From a virus (taxonomy: Duplodnaviria > Caudoviricetes), in IMG/VR virus record IMGVR_UViG_3300028591_000012, positions 1 through 64,000 of that record: DNA of 64,000 bases. One strand, given 5' to 3'. The notes beneath the pieces were generated by a model, which ran no database searches, was not told the origin of the DNA, and saw only the letters and a list, made by a program, of their open reading frames with translations. A program made the position numbers and the translations under genes. Shown one piece after another: positions 29,549-39,415 of this stretch (positions are counted from its first letter, which is position 1; every line of letters begins with the position of its first letter).

Positions 29549-31441
29549 ATGGCAAACGGAAGATATAAAGGTGCGACACCAGAAGAAAGGTTATCAATAA
29601 ACACTCTCTTAGACGCAGATATGCTTCAGGTCCGTCACAGAATAGGACAGGACGGAGATTCTGACAAAGGTGTATCTAAAGCTATATTACAGGGTATGCC
29701 TCTTGCTATATGTGAGAACTTACCTACTGTAGCTACTAAATATGCCGTGCTGCAGAATTGTCCTGATTTTACTCTTGTAGCAGGCCGAAGTGTACTTGTT
29801 TATTTCAGATACGGAAATACTGCTGAAAATCCTACTCTTAATGTTGCCGGAACTGGTGATATTCCTATGGATTCAACTGTAGGACTTCCTTCCTGGAAAG
29901 CTCAGACTTGGCAGATGTTTACCTATGCAACTGCAACTGTAAACGGTGTATTAAAGAATAACTGGGTTTTAATACAGGGTGCGATTGAACGTGAAGTAAA
30001 GAACATTACAAGCTATCTTTTAGACGGTTCCTTCTTCCCTCGCATACTCGGTAATGGCGGATATGAAAGAATGACAGGAATTGAAAGTGATGATTACTTT
30101 TACTGCCTCGGATATTACGATAAAAAAGAAAACGTAAAATGGAAGGTAAAGGAAGATAACGGTAAGATATTTATCAAATCTAACTTTGGATTCTATCCTT
30201 TCGTATCACATCATTACTACAGAGCTAAGTTTGATGATATGCTTGATTACAATTATGATAACGTTCCTCTTGTATGTTTATATCCTCAGATTTTTACAAA
30301 GCAAACTGCATTAAGTTTGGAAATAAATCCTTATGAAGATGGAGAATTAAAATTATTTAAGTTTTTTGAAGATAATGGAGCTATTGTTGTAAAGATTGGA
30401 AATGAGTATGCAAAATCTACGGATAATGGAGCTACTTGGACAAAAATAAATGGACCACAGGATGATGATGTATCTTATATAGAGTATGATAATGGAACTA
30501 TTCATTTTAGAGGAAAGTTTTATACATCCTGTGGTACAACGAACTCAAGTGGAAATTATACACCAATGTCAAAACCTTATCTTTATGAATTAGAAATGTC
30601 TCAATGGATAACAGGTTGGAGTGGTATGAGTATATCAATAGATACAACAGGAAAAATTGTATTAAATTGGGATTCAGTTATATATACGCTAACGGATTAT
30701 GCAAATGGTACACCTGTAGCTGTTTCTCAATACGATAGTCAAGATAATTCTGAGTTATGTGCATATTATGTTAATAGCAATGGAAATACATATCTAAAAA
30801 TATTTAAAAGACAAGGTACCTCTGTAAATACTATGACAACTGTAACATTTCAGCTTGATAATGAAGATATTGAATGCAGTAAGGTGTTAATGGATTATTA
30901 CGGTCGCACTCTTTATATATGTGCCGTTTATACAGTAAGTTCAGTTAATTACCTTCTATTTGGAAAAGTAGAAGAAAGTGACCTTACAGATTCGGAAATA
31001 ACAGTTCAATTAAAACGTGTTTACGATTATGAACAGAAAGCAAACGCAGATATGACTATGAGAGTAAATCCTTCAAAGATGTCTTTTTCAATGATTGGTA
31101 ATAAACCGTTTTTATGTACAGCAAAAAAAGGTACTACAAATCTTGAACGCTTTGTAATCTTTGAAGACACATCTGACCATAAACTCTTAGCCTGTTCGTG
31201 CGGATTTGTTGATTTTGATTATGATGATAACTGGAACAACAGATATGAATATGACAGTTTGAATATGAGCCTTTACAGAATGTGTCCGTGTCTTGATTAT
31301 CTTGATTACAGTGATTATATACGCGAACACAAATATGATGAATTTACAGAGCAAAAATCGGAGGTGATTCCTATATCGCCGCCGGAAGAACAGTACGCAT
31401 CAGCAGGAGATGATTGCGACTGCTATGTAAGACTGGTCTAA
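29549..31441 (+). CDS. Tail fibre / receptor-binding protein
   Basis: F.LVAG.SV.V.F.YGNTA.NPTLNV.GTG fibre motif; STDNGATWT BNR-like repeat. Confidence 0.65.
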   Translation: MANGRYKGATPEERLSINTLLDADMLQVRHRIGQDGDSDKGVSKAILQGMPLAICENLPTVATKYAVLQNCPDFTLVAGRSVLVYFRYGNTAENPTLNVAGTGDIPMDSTVGLPSWKAQTWQMFTYATATVNGVLKNNWVLIQGAIEREVKNITSYLLDGSFFPRILGNGGYERMTGIESDDYFYCLGYYDKKENVKWKVKEDNGKIFIKSNFGFYPFVSHHYYRAKFDDMLDYNYDNVPLVCLYPQIFTKQTALSLEINPYEDGELKLFKFFEDNGAIVVKIGNEYAKSTDNGATWTKINGPQDDDVSYIEYDNGTIHFRGKFYTSCGTTNSSGNYTPMSKPYLYELEMSQWITGWSGMSISIDTTGKIVLNWDSVIYTLTDYANGTPVAVSQYDSQDNSELCAYYVNSNGNTYLKIFKRQGTSVNTMTTVTFQLDNEDIECSKVLMDYYGRTLYICAVYTVSSVNYLLFGKVEESDLTDSEITVQLKRVYDYEQKANADMTMRVNPSKMSFSMIGNKPFLCTAKKGTTNLERFVIFEDTSDHKLLACSCGFVDFDYDDNWNNRYEYDSLNMSLYRMCPCLDYLDYSDYIREHKYDEFTEQKSEVIPISPPEEQYASAGDDCDCYVRLV

Positions 31442-31482
31442 AAAATATAAAATAGCTGTCTTGAACAGCAAGGGGAAAAAAA

Positions 31483-31716
31483 ATGAACTCAACAGTAAGA
31501 AGAATTAATTCTTGGTTCAGCAAGGCAAATTGTGCAGATGTAAATGATTTACTCTCAAAGATTATCCTTTCAGAAAGACAGACAAGGATATTTGAAATGT
31601 TTTATCTCAAAAGACAGACGATAGGTTTTATTGCAGACACTCTTGGCGCAAGCCAGCCTGTAATAAGCAGAGAGCTTAATCTGATTAGAGATAAGATTTT
31701 GACAATTATTCAATAA
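31483..31716 (+). CDS. Sigma70 region 4-like HTH regulator
   Basis: LSERQ..IF...Y....T...IA..LG.S...ISR. Confidence 0.7.
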   Translation: MNSTVRRINSWFSKANCADVNDLLSKIILSERQTRIFEMFYLKRQTIGFIADTLGASQPVISRELNLIRDKILTIIQ

Positions 31717-31776
31717 TAAATCGAGAACCTCAACTAATCATACGGTGGTAGCATATCCTTAAAAGGAGGTGCAGAA

Positions 31777-32226
31777 ATGCCACCGTATGTAAATGACTTT
31801 TATTTAAGGCAGCCTAACTACCAGTATGGCTCGCCATATCCTCAAAACTTTCCTCCCCAGCAGACACCGCAGATTAAGACTTATTTTGTCACAGGTATAG
31901 AAGAAGCAAGGGCCGCTATGATTGACCCTTTAGCTACCAACGTCTTCTTTGATACCAGCTGTGGAAAAATCTATCTCAAGAATATGGGAAACGACGGCAG
32001 ACCTCAGTTCGTAACCTATACGGTTGAAGAACAGCAGGTTCCGAAAGACCCAATCGCAGAAATCAATTCCAGACTCACAAACATAGAAAAAACTCTTGGA
32101 GGTATAAGAAATGACAAATCCATTTCAGGCAATGCAGGCGTTTACAAATCCGAACAGATTTCTCAGCCAGCAGTTACAGGGGCGTATGAACCAGATGGCT
32201 CAGCAGAATCCTCAAGTCTATCATAA
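31777..32226 (+). CDS. Conserved phage protein with Q/P-rich N-terminus
   Basis: VTGIEEARA....F.D...KIYLK..G.DG.P; AAGGAGG RBS. Confidence 0.65.
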   Translation: MPPYVNDFYLRQPNYQYGSPYPQNFPPQQTPQIKTYFVTGIEEARAAMIDPLATNVFFDTSCGKIYLKNMGNDGRPQFVTYTVEEQQVPKDPIAEINSRLTNIEKTLGGIRNDKSISGNAGVYKSEQISQPAVTGAYEPDGSAESSSLS

Positions 32227-32347
32227 AGCTATGGAAATGACACAGGGTAAAACTGAAGAACAGATGAAGCAGACAGCAATAAACCTTGCTCAGCAGCAGG
32301 GTGTTGACTTGAAACAGTTTGCGTCTAACTTTGGGATAAATATTTAG
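32111..32347 (+). CDS. Small Gln/Met-rich conserved phage protein
   Basis: NP...M.QGK..EQ..Q.A.NLAQQ.G.D; GGAGG RBS. Confidence 0.6.
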   Translation: MTNPFQAMQAFTNPNRFLSQQLQGRMNQMAQQNPQVYHKAMEMTQGKTEEQMKQTAINLAQQQGVDLKQFASNFGINI

Positions 32348-32498
32348 ATAAGACTAGACAAGATTTTAGACAAGTTTATACGTCTGAAAATAAGAGAACT
32401 TTAAGAGAAGAATTAAGAGAACAATCGGGCTGTCAGTCCGTAATGAGTTGTTAAGGAATCCTTAACAACTGAAAAACTTAATATAAAAGGAGACGCTT

Positions 32499-33170
32499 AT
32501 GACAGTAAGTGATTCAGGAACCCCTATGGTAATGGGTGGTGATTGTTTCGGTGGCTCTGGCTTTATCTGGGCCTTTCTTATCTTCGCACTCTTAATGGGT
32601 AACGGTGGATTCGGATTCGGCGGAAACAACGGAAACTCAAATGCTATTCAGGCAGATGTAAACCGTGGTTTCGATAACCAGAACTTGCAGAACCAGACTC
32701 GTGACATTTTGACTGCCGTGAATAACGGTACAGCACAGAGTGTTGCAGCTTCAAACCAGGTATTCCATGACCTCTCAAACAATCTGAGTGACAAGTATTC
32801 TGAACTTGCTCGTGATGTAGCTGGTGTGAACGCAAGTATTGCACAGGCTATCGCAAATCAGAATGAATGTTGCTGCTCACAGAAAATGTTAATTGCCGAG
32901 ACAGGAGCTGGTATCAATGCAAATCTTGCACAGAACCGCTTTGATGCAGCAATGAACACTGCGGCAATCAACGCAACTACAACTGCTCAGACACAGAAGA
33001 TTTTGGACGTTCTTGCACAGAACAAAATCGAAGCTTTGCAGGGAAAAGTGAATCAGCTTGAATTGCAAAACGCAATGGCTGGAGTTGTAAAATTTCCTAA
33101 TGCCTACACTTATAATGCAGGTTCGGGCCCATTCTGTAACTGTGGTTATGGCTACCCTCTTGTAGCGTAA
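32499..33170 (+). CDS. Gly-rich membrane-anchored coiled-coil protein with CCC motif
   Basis: GG..FIWAFLIFALLMGNGGFGFGG; long Q/N/A heptads; ECCC; PFCNCG. Confidence 0.7.
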   Translation: MTVSDSGTPMVMGGDCFGGSGFIWAFLIFALLMGNGGFGFGGNNGNSNAIQADVNRGFDNQNLQNQTRDILTAVNNGTAQSVAASNQVFHDLSNNLSDKYSELARDVAGVNASIAQAIANQNECCCSQKMLIAETGAGINANLAQNRFDAAMNTAAINATTTAQTQKILDVLAQNKIEALQGKVNQLELQNAMAGVVKFPNAYTYNAGSGPFCNCGYGYPLVA

Positions 33171-33278
33171 TTATCAATTATTTCACGCTATTGATAATCT
33201 TTGTATACAAACTTTATCAGTACGTTGACAACTTTCCTTAAATGTGACTATTTCTGCCAGTTTTGGCATTGACATATA

Positions 33279-33325
33279 TTAGGGGAAATTAGAGGCAATT
33301 AGCGGAAATTTCCCCTATTTTTTTT
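33279..33325 (+). terminator. Hairpin plus T run
   Basis: TAGGGGAAATT / AATTTCCCCTA followed by T run. Confidence 0.55.
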
Positions 33326-33335
33326 GGAGAAAACT

Positions 33336-33659
33336 ATGTGCGAATGTGACAATGTAACAAGATTTAGAGCTACTTCTGTAGCCGTTGCAGCAGGTGTAAC
33401 TACCATTACCATACCTGCAAGTCCTGTAATTAACCCTGGTGACGTAATTGAGGTTCTTCTTGCCACTCCGATTCCGGCTGGAACAGATGGAACACAGATA
33501 ACCATAACAAACGAAACCATAACAGGTGACCTTATGAATGGCAACGGAAATTATTTCCGACCTAACCCACTTACAAGCAGGACCGTATTCCTTGTTCAAT
33601 ATTTGGATGATCCAGAGCATTTTCAGATTCTTAAAATCTACGGAAAATGCAGGGGGTAG
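33336..33659 (+). CDS. Hypothetical beta-rich protein
   Basis: ORF with GGAG RBS within the module. Confidence 0.6.
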   Translation: MCECDNVTRFRATSVAVAAGVTTITIPASPVINPGDVIEVLLATPIPAGTDGTQITITNETITGDLMNGNGNYFRPNPLTSRTVFLVQYLDDPEHFQILKIYGKCRG

Positions 33660-33662
33660 CTT

Positions 33663-34043
33663 ATGAAGTGGGCTATGAAAGAATTGAGAAAGGATTTTAA
33701 GGACTGTCTTTCTGAAATAAACTTCAAAGATTACGACCCTTTTTCAAGAAAGTTTATGAAAGCAGGATTTATCGGTCAGATGTGGATGCTTGTAAAAATG
33801 CTTCACGACGACGATGATGTTGAAGAAGAGCTTGAAGGTGCTGAAACCTATATGGAAAAATGGTTTACTACAGGCGATGTTGCTTTTAGAGATATGGCAA
33901 AAGACGAACTTCGTCACGCTGGTATTCTGATTAAGAAACATTATGAATGGGCTGATGATGAAAAGAAAGCTGTCTTGGAGGAACACGAGAATAAACGTCA
34001 GGAGCTTATGAAACGTCTTGAAAGCGGCTCTAAGGAAGAGTAA
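33663..34043 (+). CDS. Ferritin-like helical protein
   Basis: EEELEGAETY..MAKDELRHA (E..ExxH pattern). Confidence 0.5.
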   Translation: MKWAMKELRKDFKDCLSEINFKDYDPFSRKFMKAGFIGQMWMLVKMLHDDDDVEEELEGAETYMEKWFTTGDVAFRDMAKDELRHAGILIKKHYEWADDEKKAVLEEHENKRQELMKRLESGSKEE

Positions 34044-34046
34044 GGA

Positions 34047-34430
34047 GTGCTTATGATGATTAAAAAAGAAGACCTGATAAATGGTGTTGTAAAATACATT
34101 GGCGCAGAACTTATTCCTCAGATAGGAGACAGAAACACAAAGTTTGTTCTTGCTATGGCTAAAGATTCATTAAAACAGGATAACGACCTTGCTGATGAAT
34201 TTTTGAGAAGTCCTATGGTTTCTACGTTGATAAAAGAACAGGATGGAGAATACGATATAAGTCACTTCTTTTCTATATTAAAGGGTGTACTTGCAGAGTA
34301 TAATTCATTCCCTGTTACTATTCCTAAAATACCTCTTTTTTCACCTGTAGAAAAAGTTTTGAAAATAACTGCGGAAGATGTAGATAAATTGATAAAATAC
34401 GTTATGCCGTCAGATGAAGACGATGAATAG
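34047..34430 (+). CDS. Hypothetical protein
   Basis: ORF with AGGAG RBS. Confidence 0.6.
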   Translation: MLMMIKKEDLINGVVKYIGAELIPQIGDRNTKFVLAMAKDSLKQDNDLADEFLRSPMVSTLIKEQDGEYDISHFFSILKGVLAEYNSFPVTIPKIPLFSPVEKVLKITAEDVDKLIKYVMPSDEDDE

Positions 34431-34439
34431 GAGCCTACG

Positions 34440-34871
34440 ATGGACTTAAAAGAAATAAAAGATTTTTTTGCAGAAGTTGATGCCATTCCACAGGAAAAGA
34501 AAGACAGTATAACGAAGTTCCTTTCTGGAGTTTCACTGCTTCTTTCTGATTCTGATAAACTCACTGATTTGTTTTTCAAAGAAGGCGATTTTGAAGAGTT
34601 ATATCAGAACTTTGTGGATTCCATAATTAAGGATGAAAACCTTGTTGAAAAAGATTTGATTCTGAAACGCATTGCAGACGAAAAGGAACTGATTGAGAAA
34701 ATCCACAGGTATTATACCTTGAAAATTGAAATGGGAAAGATTTCTGAACCATTAGGCTTATTCGGTTCTGTAGCACAGGGTGGTTTTGGAAATATGAGCT
34801 TTTTTATGTTAATGTCTGTGTTTGGCGCGAGTAATAGTCTTTCGCCATCAAATGCAATTAAAACAGCTTAA
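34440..34871 (+). CDS. Hypothetical protein
   Basis: ORF with AGGAG RBS. Confidence 0.6.
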   Translation: MDLKEIKDFFAEVDAIPQEKKDSITKFLSGVSLLLSDSDKLTDLFFKEGDFEELYQNFVDSIIKDENLVEKDLILKRIADEKELIEKIHRYYTLKIEMGKISEPLGLFGSVAQGGFGNMSFFMLMSVFGASNSLSPSNAIKTA

Positions 34872-34876
34872 TTCTT

Positions 34877-34899
34877 GGGGCAGGAAACTGCCCTTTTTT
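34877..34899 (+). terminator. Intrinsic terminator
   Basis: GGGCAG-GAAA-CTGCCC plus T6 between convergent genes. Confidence 0.75.
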
Positions 34900-35107
34900 A
34901 TTTATATTGTGGAGCCAGCACTTCTGCAATCTTTACATCTTTTACCTGCTTGAGCCGCGCGTAAAAGTCTATTGCCCTGCCAAGTCTGCTGAACTGGAAA
35001 GACTTCTGTTTCTTTTCTTTGTGGTAGATAGTTACTATGTAATTCTTTCTGTCGCAGACTACTTCGTAAGCAGAACCAACGTGTTTAGAAATTGGAGTAT
35101 CGAACAT
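34898..35107 (-). CDS. Hypothetical protein, apparently leaderless (promoter 35114-35142)
   Basis: TTAAAT-N17-TATGCT 6 nt before ATG. Confidence 0.55.
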   Translation of the reverse strand: MFDTPISKHVGSAYEVVCDRKNYIVTIYHKEKKQKSFQFSRLGRAIDFYARLKQVKDVKIAEVLAPQYK

Positions 35108-35138
35108 ACAGAAAGCATAACGGAGAAAAAACAGAGAT

Positions 35139-35414
35139 TTAATTTTTGCACTTAATATCTTTTACAAAATTAGCAAACCTTGCATCAACTGGATTTATTT
35201 TATGTAATAATGCTTCATATTTCTGTTTTAATTCTCTGTATTGTTTTTTCATTACCTGTCTACAGTAAGTTTTCTTAATCAGTTCTTTTTTGAGAAAGTT
35301 GATAATAATATCTTTTTCTGCAAGTTCACTTTCTCTTGCTTCAAATGCTCTCTGACAATTACCTTTACAACTTGCCGGATAATCCTGTTCATTCCACCAT
35401 TCTTCAAAAGTCAC
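35139..35414 (-). CDS. Hypothetical protein
   Basis: ORF in coupled leftward operon. Confidence 0.55.
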   Translation of the reverse strand: MTFEEWWNEQDYPASCKGNCQRAFEARESELAEKDIIINFLKKELIKKTYCRQVMKKQYRELKQKYEALLHKINPVDARFANFVKDIKCKN

Positions 35415-35416
35415 AA

Positions 35417-35659
35417 TTACACCTCACAATTAAAATCTTTGTAGCCCATATAACCGTATCTTCTTATGGTTGCCCTGCAAGTATGTTTACTGCTGAAATG
35501 AGTCAGATGATAATAACCGCAGAACTTACACTTGTAACTACGTTTAGGAATACTCTTTGGCCGGTGAGAGTTTCTAGCCTTCTTTACCTTTCTTAGTACA
35601 TTACTGGCTTCTTTCTGAGTATAGCAGATTTTGTTTGTTTCTTTGCAGTATTCTCTCAT
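35417..35659 (-). CDS. Small zinc-finger-like protein
   Basis: K.CY...A....RSYKCKFCGYYHLT. Confidence 0.6.
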   Translation of the reverse strand: MREYCKETNKICYTQKEASNVLRKVKKARNSHRPKSIPKRSYKCKFCGYYHLTHFSSKHTCRATIRRYGYMGYKDFNCEV

Positions 35660-36042
35660 ATTTCGTTTTCCGCCAGATACTTGAAGAAATAGCTTAAGGC
35701 CGAATTTATAACAGTTTTTCTATTTTTGTTATAAGGAACGGTAATGTAATAATTAAACTCGTTATTTTTATATACGTGAGAATCTGACTCTGAATTAGAA
35801 ACACCAACTATTCTACTCTTCCATTCTTTATCCCAGTTATATATCTGTACTTTATAAAATTTTGGGGCAGTAACAGGATCGAGTTCGTATTTTTCAGGTT
35901 CAAAATAGTGACTATAAAGCTGGCTGTCCACATTTTCTGTATATTTTCTATAGAACTTCCACGCTTTTTCTTCTGTAGAAAATATACCCACGATATGATT
36001 ATCTTCGTAATCTCCTTCTGTAACTACCCATACACTACTCAT
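35656..36042 (-). CDS. Hypothetical protein
   Basis: VWVVTEGDYEDNHIVGIFSTEEKA, a common phage N-terminus. Confidence 0.6.
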   Translation of the reverse strand: MSSVWVVTEGDYEDNHIVGIFSTEEKAWKFYRKYTENVDSQLYSHYFEPEKYELDPVTAPKFYKVQIYNWDKEWKSRIVGVSNSESDSHVYKNNEFNYYITVPYNKNRKTVINSALSYFFKYLAENEI

Positions 36043-36051
36043 AATTTTCTC

Positions 36052-39000
36052 CTATATCTCAATAATCTGTGGTACTATATCTTTAATTTCCTGACTATGA
36101 GAAATTAACAGCGTTACCCTTGCATTTGCATATTTGTGTGCAGAAGTGACCATCTGCATATACTTAGGTCTTGAAGCTCCATCTAAGGAACCGTCAGATT
36201 CATCAATCAGTCTTGTTCTGAAGTTAAAGCCGGTTCTGTTCATCTGTACAATTGAGAAAGCATAGAACAAAGCCTGTTTAAGCCAAATTTTCTCGCCGGA
36301 ACAAACATTGTCTATGGTTTTTTCATCATCATTTTCTGAATCATAAACAATGATATTAAAATCTTCATTGACCTTTCTGTTTGTCTTTAACCCAGCAGTA
36401 GGACCAAAACGTATTTCAAATCTATTTCCATAGCTTTCTTTAAGAATCTTATTTGCTATGTCTGAAATCTCAGGAGCTGACTCTCTAAGTTCTATTGCTG
36501 GAATACCATTATTGCTGAAAGCATCTTCAATGAAATTATACGCTGTTATTTTCTCCTGTAAAGCTTTCAGTTCTTTCTTTTTGTCAGCCACAGATTCAAG
36601 TTCTTTTCTGTAACGCTCGTTTTCCTTTTCGGCAGCCTTAATTGAAGCTGTAATATCACTGAGATAATTGCTTTCACGTCTAAGCTCTTCTTCTGCTTCT
36701 TTAAGTTTATTGGAGACATCTTCAACTACAGGTTTTTCCGCGATATTAGTAAGTTTTGATTGTAAATCTTTAAGCTCTTCTGTAAGCCTATTATGTTCTT
36801 TTACAGCTTCTTCACGAGAGTAATCAAAATATATACGGTTAACATATTCAAGATAATCTGAACAAGCTCGTGATTCAAACTGTAAATCAGCAAGTATAGA
36901 ACTAGCTTCTGCGATATTACCTTCAACTTCCTTTGCGGCAGTATCGTTTTCTTTATACTGACAATTTATGTCGTCAAACTCTGAATTAAGCTTGTTTTTA
37001 GTCTGCTTAAGTTCTTCGAGTTCTTTCTTTGATTTATCAATATGGGCCTGTAACTCATTTATTTTATGTGCGTCCATTGGTTTTCCACAAGTAGGACAAA
37101 CCCCTGTGATTTCAACTATCTGAGACTCACATAATTCTATTGCAGAGTTGACTTTTTCAATTTCAACTTTTTTATTTGACAGGGCAATGTTTAAGTTCAT
37201 AAGATTGTCGCGTAATGAATCAAGTTTTTTATTATTTTCTTCTATATAAACAGTCTTTTCTTCAATGAGAGGTGCGTTTTTAGTAAGAGTTTTATTATAC
37301 TCATCAATCTTATCGTACTCAGACATATTGTTTACTAATTCATTGAATATAATGAGGTTTGCTTCTATTTCATTACAAGATTTTTTATATTGTTTCTTTA
37401 AGGCATTATTAGCTTCGTCTACAGCTTTAGCTTTCTGATATTCAGTATCTTTTACTTTAAGTTCTTTTACTTTCTTTTCAACATAGTCTACAGTTCCTTC
37501 CTGAAGCTCAAGCTTCTTATTCCAGGAAACAATATCCTTTTCATTCTGTTTGATTGTATCTTCATAATGAGAATATGATTCAATTTCAGTTTCAATCTTA
37601 TCTGCTGACTTTTCAATTTCTTTCCTTAATTCTTTTGCAGCTATTGAGACTTCCTTTAAGTGGTCAGTTCCGGCAAGCTTTGACAAAAGTTCCATTCGCT
37701 CACTTTTTGTAGTAACGGAAATATCAGCAGCTTCTTTTGTAGGTTCCTTTGCAAAGAAAGCCGTTCTTAAGAACACATCAATACTTCCAAAAGTTGAGTT
37801 TACCCACTCTTTATAAGCATCTAAAGAGCCGTCTACATCAGATACAGACTTCCAGCTTGTTCTGTCTTTTGAAGTTTCTGCAAAGTATGCAGCCTTACCG
37901 CTTGCAGTTTTACCATCAATAAGGATTGATATTCTGTAATAGAGATTATTTTCATCTTTGTAAATCAATATTCGGTGGCTGTCTTTGAGATAAAAATGTT
38001 CTTTTAATGTACCGTTTCTTGTAAGCATACAAGGATATGGATGGCAGTTTTCCAACAAAGTTGATTTACCGTGTCCATTTGGACCAGCAAGGCATACGAT
38101 ACCGTCTTCCATATTTTCAAAGTTCAGTTCAAAGTCTTCTTTATGCTGGCCGTCTCTTATTCCTATAGCTCCGCGCAATGAAAGTGACAGCAGTTCAAAT
38201 GAGTGCTGCGGATAAGCAAGTTTTGCAAGAGTGCTGTCCTGAATATTCTGCAGCAGTTCCTTTGCGTGTTTAGGAATTATAAGTTCCTTTTCTTTTGCAT
38301 ATTCAGTCATCTTTTCTACAAGAGACTTACGTTTAGAAACTTCACTTACAGGAACAATATCAGATTCAATGATATTAGGTTCTATTTTTACGGACAAAGC
38401 ATTAAGACGTTTTTTAGTTTCTTCTGCATAAGCTTTAATATTTATCTGTTTTCGTTCTTCCCTTGTGCAATCAAAAATAAATCTAATATTTGCCTTTTCA
38501 TTTTGATGTGGATTTCCTTCGATAAAATTATCAGGTCTGTCATAGAAGGTAACAAACCAAGGCAACCCAAATGACACTTCTTCTACCTTAGTTTCATCAT
38601 TCTCTATGGTTACAAGATTGTAGTGACCGTCGTGTACCTCTCCGAAGTTTTTAGGACAGGCTGATCCTGGATACCACGCATTATGAAACACTTCCTGCGG
38701 CATATGAATATGACCCAGAGCATAATAATCAGCATTAAGAGACTGTAAGAGTTGTTTTGGAATAGCAGTAGGAGAAGAAGCTGATACACCATTTTGATAA
38801 ACAGCACCTTTTACTTCACCGTGATACACAACAATGGTATAATTTTGTTTTGCTCCTTTAGCTGATTCTTTAATAAAAGCTTTTATATCATCATTTATAC
38901 GTTTGTCGGTTTCAGATATAGAGCCACCCACATAGTTACTTCTTCTTGGCTCTGGAATACATACTATTTTTACAGTTTCATAACCATTGTCAGCAAGAAT

Positions 39001-39324
39001 AGGTTTAATAACATTCTGCATTGAATCAATTACTTTTGTCTTTTCAGATACAAAACCAGCTAAAGAGCCACTTGGTTCGTGCGTAGGTGTTCCATATATA
39101 AAGAAAAGGAAAGTATATTTTTCAAGCTCTCTTATGGCAGAAATAATGTCAGAAAATCCGCTGCCTTTAGTTGCAGTAATGGTTGAATCCCAGAAGTCTC
39201 CTGCAAATACAATAAAATCAATATCACCTTTCTTACATCTTTCTGTAAGCGTATTAAGAATATGAAGTGTCTGTGGTAATCGCTCTCTTGAAGCGTGAAT
39301 ATCAGCTATATGAATAAAACGCAT
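36052..39324 (-). CDS. Fused SbcD-SbcC (Mre11-Rad50) nuclease/ATPase
   Basis: DIH, GDFWD and LGHIH phosphoesterase motifs; Walker A GPNGHGKST; hook CPTCG; CSGE signature; LIDESDGSLD. Confidence 0.9.
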   Translation of the reverse strand: MRFIHIADIHASRERLPQTLHILNTLTERCKKGDIDFIVFAGDFWDSTITATKGSGFSDIISAIRELEKYTFLFFIYGTPTHEPSGSLAGFVSEKTKVIDSMQNVIKPILADNGYETVKIVCIPEPRRSNYVGGSISETDKRINDDIKAFIKESAKGAKQNYTIVVYHGEVKGAVYQNGVSASSPTAIPKQLLQSLNADYYALGHIHMPQEVFHNAWYPGSACPKNFGEVHDGHYNLVTIENDETKVEEVSFGLPWFVTFYDRPDNFIEGNPHQNEKANIRFIFDCTREERKQINIKAYAEETKKRLNALSVKIEPNIIESDIVPVSEVSKRKSLVEKMTEYAKEKELIIPKHAKELLQNIQDSTLAKLAYPQHSFELLSLSLRGAIGIRDGQHKEDFELNFENMEDGIVCLAGPNGHGKSTLLENCHPYPCMLTRNGTLKEHFYLKDSHRILIYKDENNLYYRISILIDGKTASGKAAYFAETSKDRTSWKSVSDVDGSLDAYKEWVNSTFGSIDVFLRTAFFAKEPTKEAADISVTTKSERMELLSKLAGTDHLKEVSIAAKELRKEIEKSADKIETEIESYSHYEDTIKQNEKDIVSWNKKLELQEGTVDYVEKKVKELKVKDTEYQKAKAVDEANNALKKQYKKSCNEIEANLIIFNELVNNMSEYDKIDEYNKTLTKNAPLIEEKTVYIEENNKKLDSLRDNLMNLNIALSNKKVEIEKVNSAIELCESQIVEITGVCPTCGKPMDAHKINELQAHIDKSKKELEELKQTKNKLNSEFDDINCQYKENDTAAKEVEGNIAEASSILADLQFESRACSDYLEYVNRIYFDYSREEAVKEHNRLTEELKDLQSKLTNIAEKPVVEDVSNKLKEAEEELRRESNYLSDITASIKAAEKENERYRKELESVADKKKELKALQEKITAYNFIEDAFSNNGIPAIELRESAPEISDIANKILKESYGNRFEIRFGPTAGLKTNRKVNEDFNIIVYDSENDDEKTIDNVCSGEKIWLKQALFYAFSIVQMNRTGFNFRTRLIDESDGSLDGASRPKYMQMVTSAHKYANARVTLLISHSQEIKDIVPQIIEI

Positions 39325-39362
39325 TAAAAAATAATTTCTCCTTAAACTGCTCTTTTTAATAG

Positions 39363-39391
39363 ATTATAGCATACTATTAGTATATTGTAAA
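39363..39391 (-). promoter_or_regulatory. Sigma70-like promoter TTTACA-N17-TATAAT with palindromic spacer
   Basis: Upstream of the sbcCD fusion; ATACTAATAGTAT spacer palindrome. Confidence 0.55.
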
Positions 39392-39415
39392 TCTTTTTTA
39401 ATTACCTACAGTATA

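Noticed and set aside
32345-32421. Mini CRISPR array
   Set aside because: Repeats are 8 bp with 2-4 bp gaps; no spacers or cas genes
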